From Antechinus flavipes (lineage: Eukaryota), in the NCBI RefSeq assembly GCF_016432865.1, contig NC_067402.1, positions 20,832,001 through 20,896,000 on the forward strand: a stretch of 64,000 nt of DNA, given 5' to 3'. The position numbers and the translations under genes were made by a program. Of the stretch, positions 32,361 through 45,191 are shown piece by piece. Each line of letters opens with the position of its first letter. The stretch's first letter is position 1. The notes below the pieces were generated by a model. The model searched no databases. It had not been told where the DNA came from and saw nothing but the letters and a program-made list of their open reading frames with translations.

Positions 32361-35300
32361 GCTTAGCCAATTCTCTCATTTTTTCCGAGAAAAACGGAGG
32401 TCCAGAGGCACCGACTAGCCTTATACAAATTCCTGGAAATATATCACATTTGACTCCCTGGCCTCGGACCTCAAGCATGATGACTACAGGAGGCTGAGCG
32501 GGCCGGGTCCTGGAGACAAAGTTCTCCCCCACCTTGGCTACTCATTCACTTTGGTTTAGTGGTTGTTCCACTTGAAGAGACAGCCTTAGTTTGTGTGTGT
32601 GTGAATGTGTGTGGGTATATAGGGGCAAGTGTGGGGAGGGGAGGCCAGAAGGGTCTGCGGGAGGAGGCTTCCCAAGCAAAGGCACCCCAGACATGCCTGG
32701 CAGATTTCAATAATAGGAATACCTGAGGAATTATATTTTATTTTTGCACTTACACTCAATCATGCCGGATATTATTTTTATTCATAATTAAACAAAAACA
32801 ATCTTAAGCATAATACAACAAACCATACCTTGAAACTAAAAGGGAGAACATGCCATTAAAGTCAAAGACAAAGCTACTGTTTGTTTTTGTCTATGAGTTG
32901 ATTCTTAAAAAGACATTGGGGTGGACCTGAGACCCTCCTGGTTTGCTGGATTCTGTGAAAGGGACACAAATCCCTGCTTTCCCAATTCTTCTGTTTCTTC
33001 CGATATATGATTCTTTTTAAAAGATTATCTTTAGAGACATCTACTTTTTCTTTTGCATATTTCATTTGTAATGTCTACTTATCAAGGGGGATCCCCTTTC
33101 TGATTTTGCCAATGGTGTGAAAGGGGACTGTCCCCCTTTGTTGTCAAGCCATTTTGTCATCCACTTTTCCTATTTCTTCTTTTCACACTGTCTCCCCTCA
33201 AGTCCCAAGAAACTTTCAATAAAATGTTTGTCTTTGGTCTAAAAGAGATAGCCAAATGACCATTCTTTTTAATAACATGTTGGCCTTGTTAATGGTAAAT
33301 TAATAATAAAATAATTAAATTGTCTCCCCAAAAGGTTACCTTTATTTGATCTTCACAACAATCCATAAGAGGCAGTGTGGGATAGTTGCTAGAACACTGG
33401 ACTTGTTTCAGGAAACCCTAAATCTGGATCCTCTCTGATACTTATTAGCTTTGTGACTTTACCTTCAGAGACTATGTCCCCAGCTGTAAAATAGGGATAA
33501 TAATAAGAGCACCAACCTCCCAGGGTTGTTATGAAAATCCAGTGAGATAATGTTTGTAAGGTGCTTTGAGACCGTTAGAGCATTGAGTTAATGAGTTTTA
33601 TCATTAGGTAGTACAAGGATTATTATGGCCACTTCATAGATACCTGGGCTAAGGCTAAGCCAAGGTCACACAGCAAGGGGCCTGGCCAGGATTTGAACCA
33701 AGTCTGAAATCCAATGGTCAACTCCCCTGTAGATGTAGTAATTACTTAGTTAGTCACCATTTGGCCCTCAGGAGGCCCTTACGACTGACCAGCTCCAATC
33801 TCTTGCTATTTAACATAGATTGAGTTTTCCTTACTGTAGTATCCCTAGTGGTACATAGTAGGTCCTTTAAAAGTACTGCATGATGGCTTGCCTGAATTCT
33901 CATTTCAGATGGAAAACTCTGAGGGCAGAGATTTTATTTCCTTTAAAACGTCCAGCTCTATTCAGTCCTATTTTAAAGAGGGCTTTAAAAATATATTAGC
34001 AATGAAGCTAATTAGATCTTGCCTGAAGGCACTTTATCATTTCTATAGGACAACAGGAGTAGAATATAAGCCAACCAGCCATGCTGAGCCAGTGAGGAGC
34101 AGGGGCCCATATACAGGAGGGAAATCAAGCTGGGAAATGAGTTCGACGATTGTTGTTCACCCTTCACCTTCAAAGAGGACCGATGACATCATGAGGATGA
34201 TACCTTGACATGTGGAGAAACATTACTGTAGGAACCTTTTTTTCCCATCCTTTTCCTGGATCTCCTGGACATAATTTAGTAAATTATCTTCTGACATAAT
34301 TTAGTAAAACAAAGGCATCAAGGTGACATGATAAGGAGAGTGTTAGACCTGAAGTCAGGAAAACATGAGTTCAAATCTGGCTTTGGTTTCTTCACAGTTG
34401 TGTAAACTCTGGGAAAGTTACCTAACCTTTCAGCCTCAGTTTCCTTAAATGGAAAATCAAGATCATATTAATACCTGCATCAGAGTTGGTTGTGAGATCT
34501 AGATAACATTGATATAGCCCTAAAGAAATTTTACCAAGTTCATCCTTATCTAACAGGTATATTCAAAGGTACCCAGGATCTGCTTGTCCTAAATTAGCAG
34601 ATTTTGGAAAAGACTCTGGCTCCCTTTGCAGTCCTGGGGATAAAACAGAGTGAGCCCCAGGGGCTGTGGGCAACTGGAATCAGCCTGCAGATGTGGAGTG
34701 ATTTCCTGGGTCTTTTAGGGTGTTGCTGATTGAAAATGGAGACCCTCGTAGCAACAGAACAGAGGAGCACAGTTCCCTTTGTATTCTGTGTACGTGTGTG
34801 TGATTCCTAACGGTTTGGGTGTCATAAACCTGGTTATTAGCCCAAAGGATCATGGTTTTTTAAGCCCAAGTTGAGCTAGCAGTTCTCCCCCGTGTGGGTT
34901 TGCTGTGAAACATTCAGTGATTGCTGAGACCAATAGCAAAGAATGAGGATGGGGGTTACTTCTATGTCCACAGCAGAGTCGTTATTATTCAATTTGGGAA
35001 GGAGAGAAGGGAGTGGTCATTCTGTGGGGGAGAAGGATCCCATCCTGGGACATATTCAAGTCCCTGAAGGCCTGCCTCCTGCTAAAGAGAGAGGGCTACT
35101 TGGGTGGGGGAAGGCTGATACCAAAGAGAAAATGTTTGCTCTGAAGCTGGTGAGCCCTTCTACTGGAGGCAGAGCCAGAAAGATGGGAGGTTCACATGAC
35201 TAGAACTGGGGTCCTCTACCTCACCTGGGGCGGGGGAGGGGGGGGTCAAGCCTGGATCTTCCAACTGTAGTTATGGTCCTGCTTCAGGGAGGGTCCAAAA

Positions 35301-35764
35301 GCTTACCAGCTCTAGAAGACAGATCTCTGGGGACCCCATATTTTCCTGTCATTTGGCTTGGTTTTGTCATATTAAATTGTGTTCCATTCAATGAATTAAT
35401 TCCCTTTGACAGATTTTCAAAACACATAGGGCAGTGGTACCAAACTTAAATTGTACATAAAGACCCCCATGGAGTACATACTGACTTAGAAAACCATATT
35501 TTAACATTATCTATGTTCTATTGTATTTTAATGCTTTTTCTGAAATATTTCGGAACTAACATTTTCATCTGATTTAGCCAGCCCTTTCACATCTCTATTG
35601 TAGAGCACAGGACCCCAAAGGCAGTGACTGTAAGTGTACAGGTGATGAGTTAATCCCCTAAACTTGCTCTCCTAATCCAGATAGGTTTCTCCTAAATAAT
35701 CTTGCAAGCCCTCAAAATCCCATGGAGCCACGGGCTTTGGTTATAACAAAAAGATTCTATTTTC

Positions 35765-36135
35765 TTTAATGTATCCCCAAAACTCAGACACTGAAGTTCA
35801 TGGATGATTTTCAAACATTTAATCAAAAAAAAAAAGTCTGGCATTTTAAAGGTTAGATTTACAAAGTGGAGATGTTCTTAACATTAGCAACTCTTATTAT
35901 CTAAGAAAAAATAGGATTTACAAAGTTTGTAACAATGTACTGAAAAGGTTTTATCCTAAGGGTTTACAGCATTTTGTAAACAAATATCCAGTTTTCTTGC
36001 AACTGACCATAGCGACCACAATGGGATTAAGTGTACAAAAACACGCCAAAAACACAGTTCCTGGAAATGTACATGCTACTCATGGCGGCTTTTACAGCAA
36101 CGTTCCTTCTCTTAAAATCATCATCGAAATGGCGA
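35765..36135 (-). other. CMTM8: CMTM8 3' UTR with candidate ATTAAA poly(A) signals
   Basis: Downstream of the stop codon. ATTAAA on the minus strand at 35818-35823 (followed by a GU/U-rich element) and at 35765-35770. Confidence 0.55.
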
Positions 36136-36219
36136 TCACTGTGTGGTCCGGGATCTCCACGACAGAAAGCTGAAATACGTGTTCCCAGCATAGCAGATTG
36201 TGACCACAAAGGCAAAGAA
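36136..36219 (-). CDS. CMTM8: CMTM8 coding exon 4 (last)
   Basis: FFAFVVTICYAGNTYFSFLSWRSRTTQ* matches the CMTM8 C-terminus; acceptor ctcccacAG; 84 nt. Confidence 0.96.
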   Translation of the reverse strand, partial: FFAFVVTICYAGNTYFSFLSWRSRTTQ

Positions 36220-36449
36220 CTGTGGGAGAGGAAACAGATGAGAGAGGGGTGTTATGGAACAGCCTAATTAATGAACTTCAGGATCTGCCCTTCCTGGGCT
36301 CGCACATTAGCACTGTGATCTAGTCAGAAGCGACTTTCTTGATTCAAGTCTCTGATTTCACTGCCTATTTCTGCCAGCTTCAGTCTGGCTTTTGGAAGAG
36401 TGAGACCAGGGGTAATTTTGCAGCAATTGGTCAGAGAAGGTGGGGATCA

Positions 36450-37250
36450 TCTCCATGGTCCTGATCTACAGCTGGCCATTGGACCCAGATGGCTCTGGAG
36501 GGAAAGTGAGGCAGGCGACCTTGCCCAGCCCTCCCTCGAAGGACAAACAACAATTTCTGTGAGTGGGAGTAGGAGCTGAAGCGCTGGTGAACCAACGAGA
36601 ACCGGTCAGTTATTTCTTTCCTTTTTCTTCTTTCCCTTCCTTCCCTTCTCTGTGTTCACATAGGACACGTACCATACCTCTACCTACAGGTGCTCTGCTC
36701 AAAGAAATGTAATTTTTTTTTTTTTTTTTGATTGCTGAAATCTCCTGAGATATCTCGGGATTAACCAGCTAGATTTCTTTCTTAAAGATTAGGCCTTGAA
36801 TCCAAATCACTCAAGCTCTCATTGATTGGCCAACAATAGGTCCCAAGTCAAGCCCTAGTTGGTCACTGTTTCCATCCCAATTGACTCAGAGTGAACATAA
36901 ATAGTAATTGTTTCTATTTTGGCCAGAAAACCTTCCCCTTCTCAGATTGATTTTTTTTTTTTTGATTAGGTAAAACAGGCCATTCTTTTCCTCATTTCTT
37001 AGCTAGCCTTCATCACTGATTGGTTATTACAGTCAGACAGGTCAAAGAGACCTATGGAAAAGCTTAGCTTAAAAAAGCCAGTCTCCCATTGCATCCAGGG
37101 CCGTCTCCTGCCATCCTGATCTATGTCTGGCCACTGGACCCAGAGGGCTCTGGAGGGAAATGTGACCTTGCACAGCCTTCCTTCACTTAAATCCAATTCA
37201 CTTGCATGTCACGGCATCACCTCCCTGTTGTCATGCTCTTCAAGAACAAA
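36450..37250. mobile_element. Composite copy of the MdoRep1/Mar3-like repeat (core + extension + core)
   Basis: Core motif ggacccagatggctctggagggaaagtgag at ~36480 and ~37137; the extension is homologous to 27504-27720. Confidence 0.55.
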
Positions 37251-38264
37251 TAAATTTTATCTATCATGTTATTTCATTTTCCTCATCTGTAAAATGGGGA
37301 TAATAAAACTGCATCATAGGGTTTGTCTTGAGGCTTATAAAGCCTTTGTAAAGGCAAGATCAAATACTGTGGACATTTTTATCCCCATCTTTCAGGTGAG
37401 GAAACAGAATAAAATGACTCATAGGCCCTGAATAAATGTTTATTGATTGTTCAAGGCCACACAGTAAGTGGCAGATCCAGGATGTGAAACCTGGTTTCCA
37501 ACCCCCCCAGTGTTCTTTCCACTGCACTTCAGCTGCCTACAAAAACAAATGTAATCAAACCGAGTTTTGCAAAATTTGGCTCCAATGGGGATCACAGATT
37601 TCCTGGAGAGCTCTTTCTTCATATGAGACAAAGTTTAACAAGAAGAAAGTCCAATTTTAAACTTTACAGTCAGTTTTCTCATATGTCTCAGGACATCTCT
37701 ATCTCTGATCAGTGGTATGGCTCCCACACACTGCTGTTGATTCCCAGAAGTCTGCTGGCAAGGATCACAGCTGTGGCTTAAATATAGAAGGGTCTGGAAT
37801 CACTTTCCTCCTCATCTGTCTCCTGCCTTCCCAGGTTCTTTCAAGTTCCAGCAAAAATCCCATCATTTAAGGAATCCTCTCCCAAACCCTCTTAATTCTA
37901 GCTTTGTCCTTTTCTTATTTGCTCTTTATCCTGTACAGATTTGTTTGCATGCGCTCTCCCCCTTTTGATTGTAAGTTCCTCAAGAGCAGGACCTGTTATT
38001 TGCCTCTTTTTGTATCTCAAGCATTTAGCCCAGTTTCTGGCATATCATGGTTCATTTTTAGTCACATCTGACTCTTTGTGACCCCATGGACCATATCCCA
38101 CGGCCCTGTTATCCTCCACTGTCTTCCAAAATCTGTCCAAGCACATTAATAAATGCTTTTTGATTGGCTTTGGTCCTCATGAGCAGGGCTACAGGGAATG
38201 GGTGGGGAGGGGGACAGAAGCTCTGTGCAGTGTCGAGTGTCAGAGATGGAGAAAGCTTACTTAC

Positions 38265-38381
38265 CGAGGAGGCGGCCCAGCTGTTGTAATTGTGGCTGTC
38301 CCTCTCTTTGGTAACCGAGGAAGCGTCTACGATGGCGGCAATAAGGTACAAAACAAAGGCACTTCCATTAAAGCAGAGGCC
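38265..38381 (-). CDS. CMTM8: CMTM8 coding exon 3
   Basis: GLCFNGSAFVLYLIAAIVDASSVTKERDSHNYNSWAASS; AG acceptor and GTAAGT donor; 117 nt, phase 0. Confidence 0.97.
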
Positions 38382-41300
38382 CTGTGGGAGACAAAGAAGA
38401 AGAGGGGCTCAGGAGCACGTGGTCTTCAGGTGAACACAATGAACACTTAGAAAGTGCTGACAGAATGTAAGCTCCTGGAGGGCGGGGCCTGGCCCCACAA
38501 TTTTATTTCATAGATGAAGAGCGGGGGCCCAGGGGATGAGCCGCTGCCACAGTCAAGAGTGAACCAAGATCCTCTGGCTCCACAGCCAACATTCCTTCCG
38601 CTGTATCACTGCCTACTGTTCTCCAGACCGTCATTAATTTCATCTATTCGGTCTTTCTTGAGAGGCAGCGGTCAGAACAACAGAGGCAGAATATGAACCC
38701 AAGTCCTGAACCTGCAAGCTTAGTGTGCTTTCCACCTCAGCTCCTAACATCTCCTTCAATAAGCCTCCCTTAGGAATTAACAGTAGAGACTTCCATTTCA
38801 TCCAGGGCACCCAATTTTTAAGCAGACAGGAAGACTTGTATGGACTGATTGAGCAGGAAAGGAGAAACAGGAGAATGGTAGACACAATGTTGGGCTGCTG
38901 CCAAACTCAAAATTGACAGTGACCAATCTCGGTCCCAGAAAGAAGACCTATGTCTATTTTTTTTTTTCAGCAGGGAAATGAGGATTTATGGATGGAAAAT
39001 GCTACATAGATTGTCAGACAGTTGTTTGCTCACATTTTTGTTTGGAGGAATAATTCAATTTTTTTGGAGGATGGGAAATGAGTCTGTTGGAAAAAAAGAC
39101 AAATGTGACAGCTGAGGAAGAAGCTATTAACCACCTTCTGACAGTGAGATCACAGACTAATATGCCAAATGAGCCACAGTTTTTGAACTTAGCCAATGTT
39201 TTGCTTGACTTTGCTTATGTGTTACAAAGATTCTCTCCTTCCCTTCTTTCTTCCCTCCCTCCCTCCCTCTCCAGAAAATGAAAGGGAGAAAAAACATTCT
39301 TGATAATTAAAAAAAAATTTAATTTACAAATGGCAGAAGCAGCATTGATTAGGAAAAAATAAGCATAATATTTAACCATAATAGGAGTCAGAGAGAAGCT
39401 AATAAGGGACATGAAATAATGGGGGAAAGACAAAGCAATCACCAGCTTCCTGAGGACTCGCTGCTAAAGTATTATACCAGACAAATGACTCCTGTTAAAT
39501 TACCATCTGTTTCTGAAATAAACTTTCCTGTACTTAGGAGCTTCAATCAGCTTTAGAGCTGAAAGGAAGCTCTGGCTGAGGAAAATCCTTTGGAGCAAGA
39601 ACCACCATTGTTGGTCCCACAATTTCTTTACTGGGGACAGTAAAGATAAGCAATGTGTTATGAACAAAAAAGGAAAAGAAGGAATGGAAGGGGATGGGGA
39701 GAACCAGGTGTCTTAAAAATAGAGCTAGTTCCAGTTCTGTGCAGGAAAAAGCTGAGTCCCCAGAAGGGGATCAATAGATAGGGAGTGGTGCAGACATTAA
39801 CAGAGTTTACATGTGGGTTGTTGGTTTTGCTGAACTATTTCCCCCTCTATTCTTTATGGCCATTTGTTTCAGAAGAAGGCTGACTCAGGAAGGAAAACGG
39901 GGGGACCTACATAGAAATCAAGGCAATATAACAACTAAAAGTATCTGTAGAAAGCTGAAAAGATAGAATGATTTCCCCAGTCAGCAGCTTTCCATGTTTG
40001 GTTAAAGGGCTATTCTTTTTAATATCCTCTTCTGCTGAGAGAGGCCTTCCAACTCTAGTCCAGAGTCCGAGAAGTCATGCTGACTTTTCAGTTCAATTCA
40101 ATCCCATATTTATTGTGTACTTACTGCATACCAGGAACTGTCCTAGGTGCTGAGGATCTAAGAACAAAAATGGCTATACTCTGGGGGTCCTACGGAGGGA
40201 GAGGAGGCAAATACAAATTAATACAAAGTAATTTCAAGGATGGCTGGACCTTGAAGGAAATGAGGAACTCCAAGAAATAAAAGTTAGAGTGGGGAGGGCA
40301 TTCCTGGCTCAGAACATACATTATTACATTACAAATGGGTTGAGTCTGAGTTGGACTGTCATGTCTGGGGAGCAAAAGTCACTCAAAAGGATTTATTAAC
40401 TAGAGTCCAGGCAGTTACTCATGAGAGAAGAGTATTTTCCCCTGTGGTTGGTCTGCATAACTGGCACATGCTCCCCAATCAATGCTATGTTGTGGGAAGG
40501 CAGAGTTGCTAGCCCTGGCTCGTTTCCGTTGGCAGCTGGGAGGGCAGATGCAGCACCTGGATTCACAAGAGGCCGGGGCTGCTGACAACAAATGAGATCG
40601 GGGAAACAAGCACAAAGCCATTGGGTTTGCCAAGCTAAGAGAGCTCATCAAGATGGCGGGTCTGCCAGCAGAGCATCCTGCTCAGGACGGAGCCCCGGTC
40701 AGTGGCCAGGAGGGTGAATATCGCTTTGTCTACCCAACATGGCTGGAGGGAAGTCTGGAGTAGCACATTTATCACAGAGCGGTTGGGAATCCGAATGAGA
40801 GTGGGGGACAAGCCTGAGCCGCAGATGAAGCGTGTAAGCAAGACACAGCCGAGTTTCCTTCGCAAAGGGCAACACAAGGGACCAGTTTTAGGGCGTCTTA
40901 TCCAGGTCTAGTCAGAGATATTCCACCCACTCTAAGCTTGGGCACAGTCTGAACTTTGGGGGTGCTCACTTCCCTCATTTAAAAAGGAACCACTAACTTG
41001 TGCCAGAGACCACCACCAATGGACAAGACTGACTCATGGACCTGTGGGAAAACAGGAAGCGCTTTGGACTTGGCAGTCGGAGGACCAGGGTTCCAACCTC
41101 AGCATTCACTCCCTGTGTAATCATAGGAAAGTGCCCACCACCAGGCCTCGAACGGCGTGCAGCAGCCATCGCTCCAGAGGCTCAAAGGTGACGATGAAGT
41201 CGGAGTTATTGCTGCGGGTGACCTTGACCCTCTCTAGCCTGGGAGGTGGACGAGAGGAATAAGTCATTTCCAATGAGCTCCAATGCCAAGCAGTGATTTC

Positions 41301-41654
41301 TTAATCTCTCCTTCGACAGCGTTGGGATGGCTACAGTCTGGAGATAAAGGGACGGCTGATTTTCCCAGCAGGCATCTGAGGCATGCCCTCAGCTCAGTTT
41401 TTAGGGGACCGATTATCCAGCTCCAGGAGGGGCTGGTGCTATTTCCGGGCTCTCAGATGAGGTCCTTAGGATGCCAGGGTGAAAGCTCAGGATGAGCACA
41501 ATAGTAGAAGTGCAGCCGGCCCCATTTCCCAAAGCCCCTTTCATCACGAAGATGCAGACATTCAAAAATATCGACTCCTTCCTATGTCCCAGGTCACCAG
41601 GCACCTGAGGGACCGGCAGGGAGACACTCTCTCTTCATAGACAGTATTCTTCTT

Positions 41655-41765
41655 CTTTTTTCCTGAGGTAATTGGGGTTAAGTGCCTTGCCCAGGCCAGA
41701 TTTGAACTCAGGTCCTCCTGACTCCAGGGCTGAAGCTCTACCCACTGTGCCACCCAGATGCCCCT
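41655..41765 (-). mobile_element. WSINE1-like SINE (internally deleted)
   Basis: ctgaggtaattggggttaagtgccttgccc...aggtcctcctgactccagggc...tgtgccacccagatgcccc. Confidence 0.75.
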
Positions 41766-41822
41766 CCAGTAACATTTCTAAAAAGCAACTGTTATTCTGT
41801 CCACCTACCTTCCTATGTATCC

Positions 41823-41825
<3 letters not shown>

Positions 41826-41876
<51 letters not shown>

Positions 41877-41897
41877 AGAGAGACAGAGAGAGAGAGA
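41826..41897. repeat. (GT)n(GA)n compound microsatellite
   Basis: Seen directly. Confidence 0.97.
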
Positions 41898-42057
41898 ACT
41901 TAAGATTCCAATATAGGATGCCAATTTAACATTATAGGCTGCCTGGGGTGAGACCAAGGCTTTGCTGGGGAAAGAACACTGGCAAATGATATTTACAGTT
42001 TGCATGAGGGCAGAGTCCTTGCTGGAAGTCTTACTGTGCAAGAAAATCCTCTTAGAA

Positions 42058-42275
42058 CAGGGATTTCTAACCATTTTATGTTACATGCTTCTTGGCAATC
42101 TGGCGAAACTTAGGAATCCCCGTTCTGAATAATGTTTTTAAATGCAGAAAATAAATAGGATTGCAAAGGAAACCAGTTACAGTGAAATAAAGAGAGAATT
42201 TTTCCCACTGAAATCCACAAACTTTCTGACATCTATCCCCTTGGTGGTCCAAGGATCCCAGGATAAAAACCCCTA
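42058..42275. mobile_element. MER5-like hAT MITE
   Basis: Imperfect TIRs cagggatttctaacc / ggataaaaacccct. Confidence 0.5.
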
Positions 42276-42694
42276 ATCAGGAGGAGAAAGTGTCATGGAA
42301 GATGAGAGGTCTGGGGGAGGGCTTTCCAGCAACAGTTATCTAGCCAGTTAGGCGGTGCTGGGCCATCAAACACTGGGGAACCGGCTTTACCCTCATGGTT
42401 GCCTGGCAAGATTCAAGTGCTTGTATCTTATGACTCAAAGGTTGTTCTACTAGGAAGGTGCCAATCCTACCTGTTAATCCCTGCAGCTGCGCCAGCAGTG
42501 AGGTCTGCACACTGAGAGACAGACTCTCCCCTCCATGGCCTGGAGGTGTGACCCAGTGAGATCCATGGCCCTTCAAACGGGGGGGGGGGGGGGGGGCCCC
42601 CTCCGGCAATGGCCGAGGTTCTAAGAGCAGCAGCAGCTGGCGGTGGGGAAGCCTTTGGAGGACTTGGAATGGAAGCTTCTGGTGGGTGTGTACA

Positions 42695-42800
42695 CACTCT
42701 CTGTCTCTCTCTCTCTTTGTCTCTGTCTCTCTCTGTATCTCTGATCTGTGTCTCTGTCTCTCTGTCTCTGTCTGTCTGTCTATCTGTCTCTCTCTCTCTC
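42695..42800. repeat. (CT)/(CTGT) simple repeat
   Basis: Seen directly. Confidence 0.9.
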
Positions 42801-43051
42801 ACCCCTCTTGTTAGCCTAGTGTCAGGGAATCAGGGAGGCTGACTCTGAATGGAGATTCAGCTTCAATGAGTCAAGAAGCATTTATAAACACTTCTCACAC
42901 GCAAGGCGCAGCACCAAGTGCGGGGCTTACAAAGAACAGCCAATAACTGTCCTAGCCATCGAGGAGCTCAGTCTGACGGGGAGACAACACGCAAACAACT
43001 CTGAACAAACAAGCTAAAGAAAATAAAATAAGAAGGAATATGCTTCCTTAC

Positions 43052-43225
43052 CACTGTGGTCCATGGCACCTGGGGGATCCTGGTGTAGGTCATTGTCATG
43101 TAGATGATTAAGAAGAAGACCGTCAGGACCCAGTAAAATACTGCAACGAACATCACCCAGCCAAAGGCAGGGACCCGGAAATACTCTGTCCCAGCGATCA
43201 GTGTCCATACCAGCAGACCAAAAAC
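43052..43225 (-). CDS. CMTM8: CMTM8 coding exon 2 (MARVEL TM1-TM2)
   Basis: VFGLLVWTLIAGTEYFRVPAFGWVMFVAVFYWVLTVFFLIIYMTMTYTRIPQVPWTTV is nearly identical to human CMTM8; ctgcAG acceptor and GTAAGG donor; 174 nt, phase 0. Confidence 0.98.
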
Positions 43226-43504
43226 CTGCAGAAACGGTGGAATGGAAAAGGGGGATGGGCAGGAAGAAAGGAGGAAAACAAGAAAGGAGGGAGAGAGAGG
43301 AAAGGGGATGTGGATGAGGGGAAGGGAAGAGTGGAGGAGAGGAAGGGAAGGGATTGAGAAGAGAGGAGAGAAAAGCAAAGAAGAGAAGAAGGGAGAAGGG
43401 GGAAAGGAGAATACAAGTAGGAAGAGAGGAATGGAAAGAGATTGGGAAGAGAAGAGAGAAAAAGAGAGAAAGGGAACAAGAGGAGGGGGAAGAAAATCAT
43501 TATT

Positions 43505-44930
43505 CTAGAGTCCCCAAAATTATGCTCAAAGGGCAGCCAAACTGTGCCCATCCATTTTTTAAATTAAAGCTTTTTTATTTTTCAAAGCATATGCATGGAT
43601 AATTTTGAAACATTAGCCCTTGCAAAACCTTGTGTTCCAATTTTCCCCTGCTTCTTCTACCCCCTTCCCCTAGATGGCAAGTACGCCAATATATGTTAAA
43701 CATGGTAGAAATACATGTTAAATCCAATACATGCATACATATTTATACAATTACTTTGTTGTACAAGAAAAATCAAATCAAACCAGAAAAAAATGATGAA
43801 GAAAATAAAATGCAAGCAAAGAACGACAAAACGAATGAGATGCTATGCTGTGATCCACACTTAGTCCCCACAGTCCTCTCTCTGGGTGTAGATGGCTCTG
43901 CTCATCACAAGATCATTGGAGCTGGTATCAATCATCTCATTGTTGGAAAGAGTCATGTCCATCAGAATTGATTGCCATACAATACTGATGTTGCCGTGTA
44001 CAATGATCTCCTGGTTCTGCTCACTTCCCTCAGCATCAGTTCATGTAAATCTCTCCAGGCCTCTCTAAAATCATCCTGCTGATTCTTTCTTATAGAACAA
44101 CAATATTCCGTAACACTCATAGACCATCACTTATTCAGTCATTCCCCAACTGATGGGCAGCCACTCAGTTTCCAGTTTCTTGCCACTACAAAAAGGGCTG
44201 CCATAAACATTTTTTGTGTCTATCCTTTAATCGAAAAAAATAACTACTAATCTGTATCCCAAAGAGATTGTAAAAATGAGAAAGGATTCCACATGTACGG
44301 AAATATTTACAACAGCTCTTTTTGTAGTGGCAAAGAATTGGAACTTGAGGGGAATCCATCAACAGGGGAATGATTGAACAAGTTGTGCTACAGGAATGTA
44401 ATGGAATATTATTATTCTATAAGAAATGTTGAACAGGCAGATTTCAGAAAAAGCTGGGAATGACTTACATGAATTGATAACCAGTGAAAGGAGCAAAACC
44501 AGGAGAACATCATATACGGTAACAAGAAGACGGAGTGATGATCAACTATAATAGATTTAGCCCTTCTGAGCAATACAGTGATTCAAGACAATTCTAATAG
44601 ACTTGTGATGGAAAATGGCATCCATATTCAGAGCAAAAACTATAAAGATTGGATGCAGATTGAAGCATGCTACTTTCACTTTTTTTTTTTTCTTTTTTGT
44701 GTTTTTTTTTTCCCATTTTGTTCTGATTCTTCTTTCTTTACATGACTAATTTGGAAATAGGTTTAAATTGATGGTACATGTCTTATCTATATCAGATTGC
44801 TTTCTTGGGAGGGGGATGTAAGTGAGAGAGGGAGAGAGAAAAAATTGGAACTCAAAATCTTACAAAAATGAATGCTGAAAACTATCTTTACATGTAATTG
44901 GAAAAAATATTATTAAGGGAAAAACTTGGT
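43505..44930 (+). mobile_element. Older L1 3' fragment interrupted by an inverted L1
   Basis: The L1 motif ttatgctcaaagggcagccaaactgtgcccatcc (43520-43552) resumes as tgtgtctatcctttaatc...ctgtatcccaaagagatt (44215 onward). Confidence 0.7.
43555..44214 (-). mobile_element. L1 3' end nested in an L1
   Basis: Poly-T then aaattaaagctttttattttcaaagcatatgcatgg...; degenerate TSD tgtgcccatcc/tgtgtctatcc. Confidence 0.85.
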
Positions 44931-45191
44931 AATAGACAATATTATCCACACCCAAAGAAAGAACTAGAGAGTCTGAAAACTAATTGAAGCATACTATCTT
45001 CACTTAAATTTTTTTGTTTTTCTTTTTGGTTTTTATGCTTTTTCCCTTTTGTTATGATTTTTATTTCATAATGATTATTGTAGGAATACGACTAATGTGT
45101 TTGTACATGAATAAATGATCAGATTGTTTGCTGTCTTGGGGGAGGGAAAAAGGAAAAAAGAGAGAGAGAAAAAACTGGGACTCAAAATCTT

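Noticed and set aside
32780-33260. Possible LTR or old repeat (AATAAA at ~33218)
   Set aside because: No TG...CA boundaries, TSD or second copy were identified.
43198-43602. ORFs flanking CMTM8 exon 2, and the 136-aa ORF 42968-43378 as a whole
   Set aside because: Only 43052-43225 is bounded by splice sites and homologous to CMTM8; the rest is translated polypyrimidine tract.
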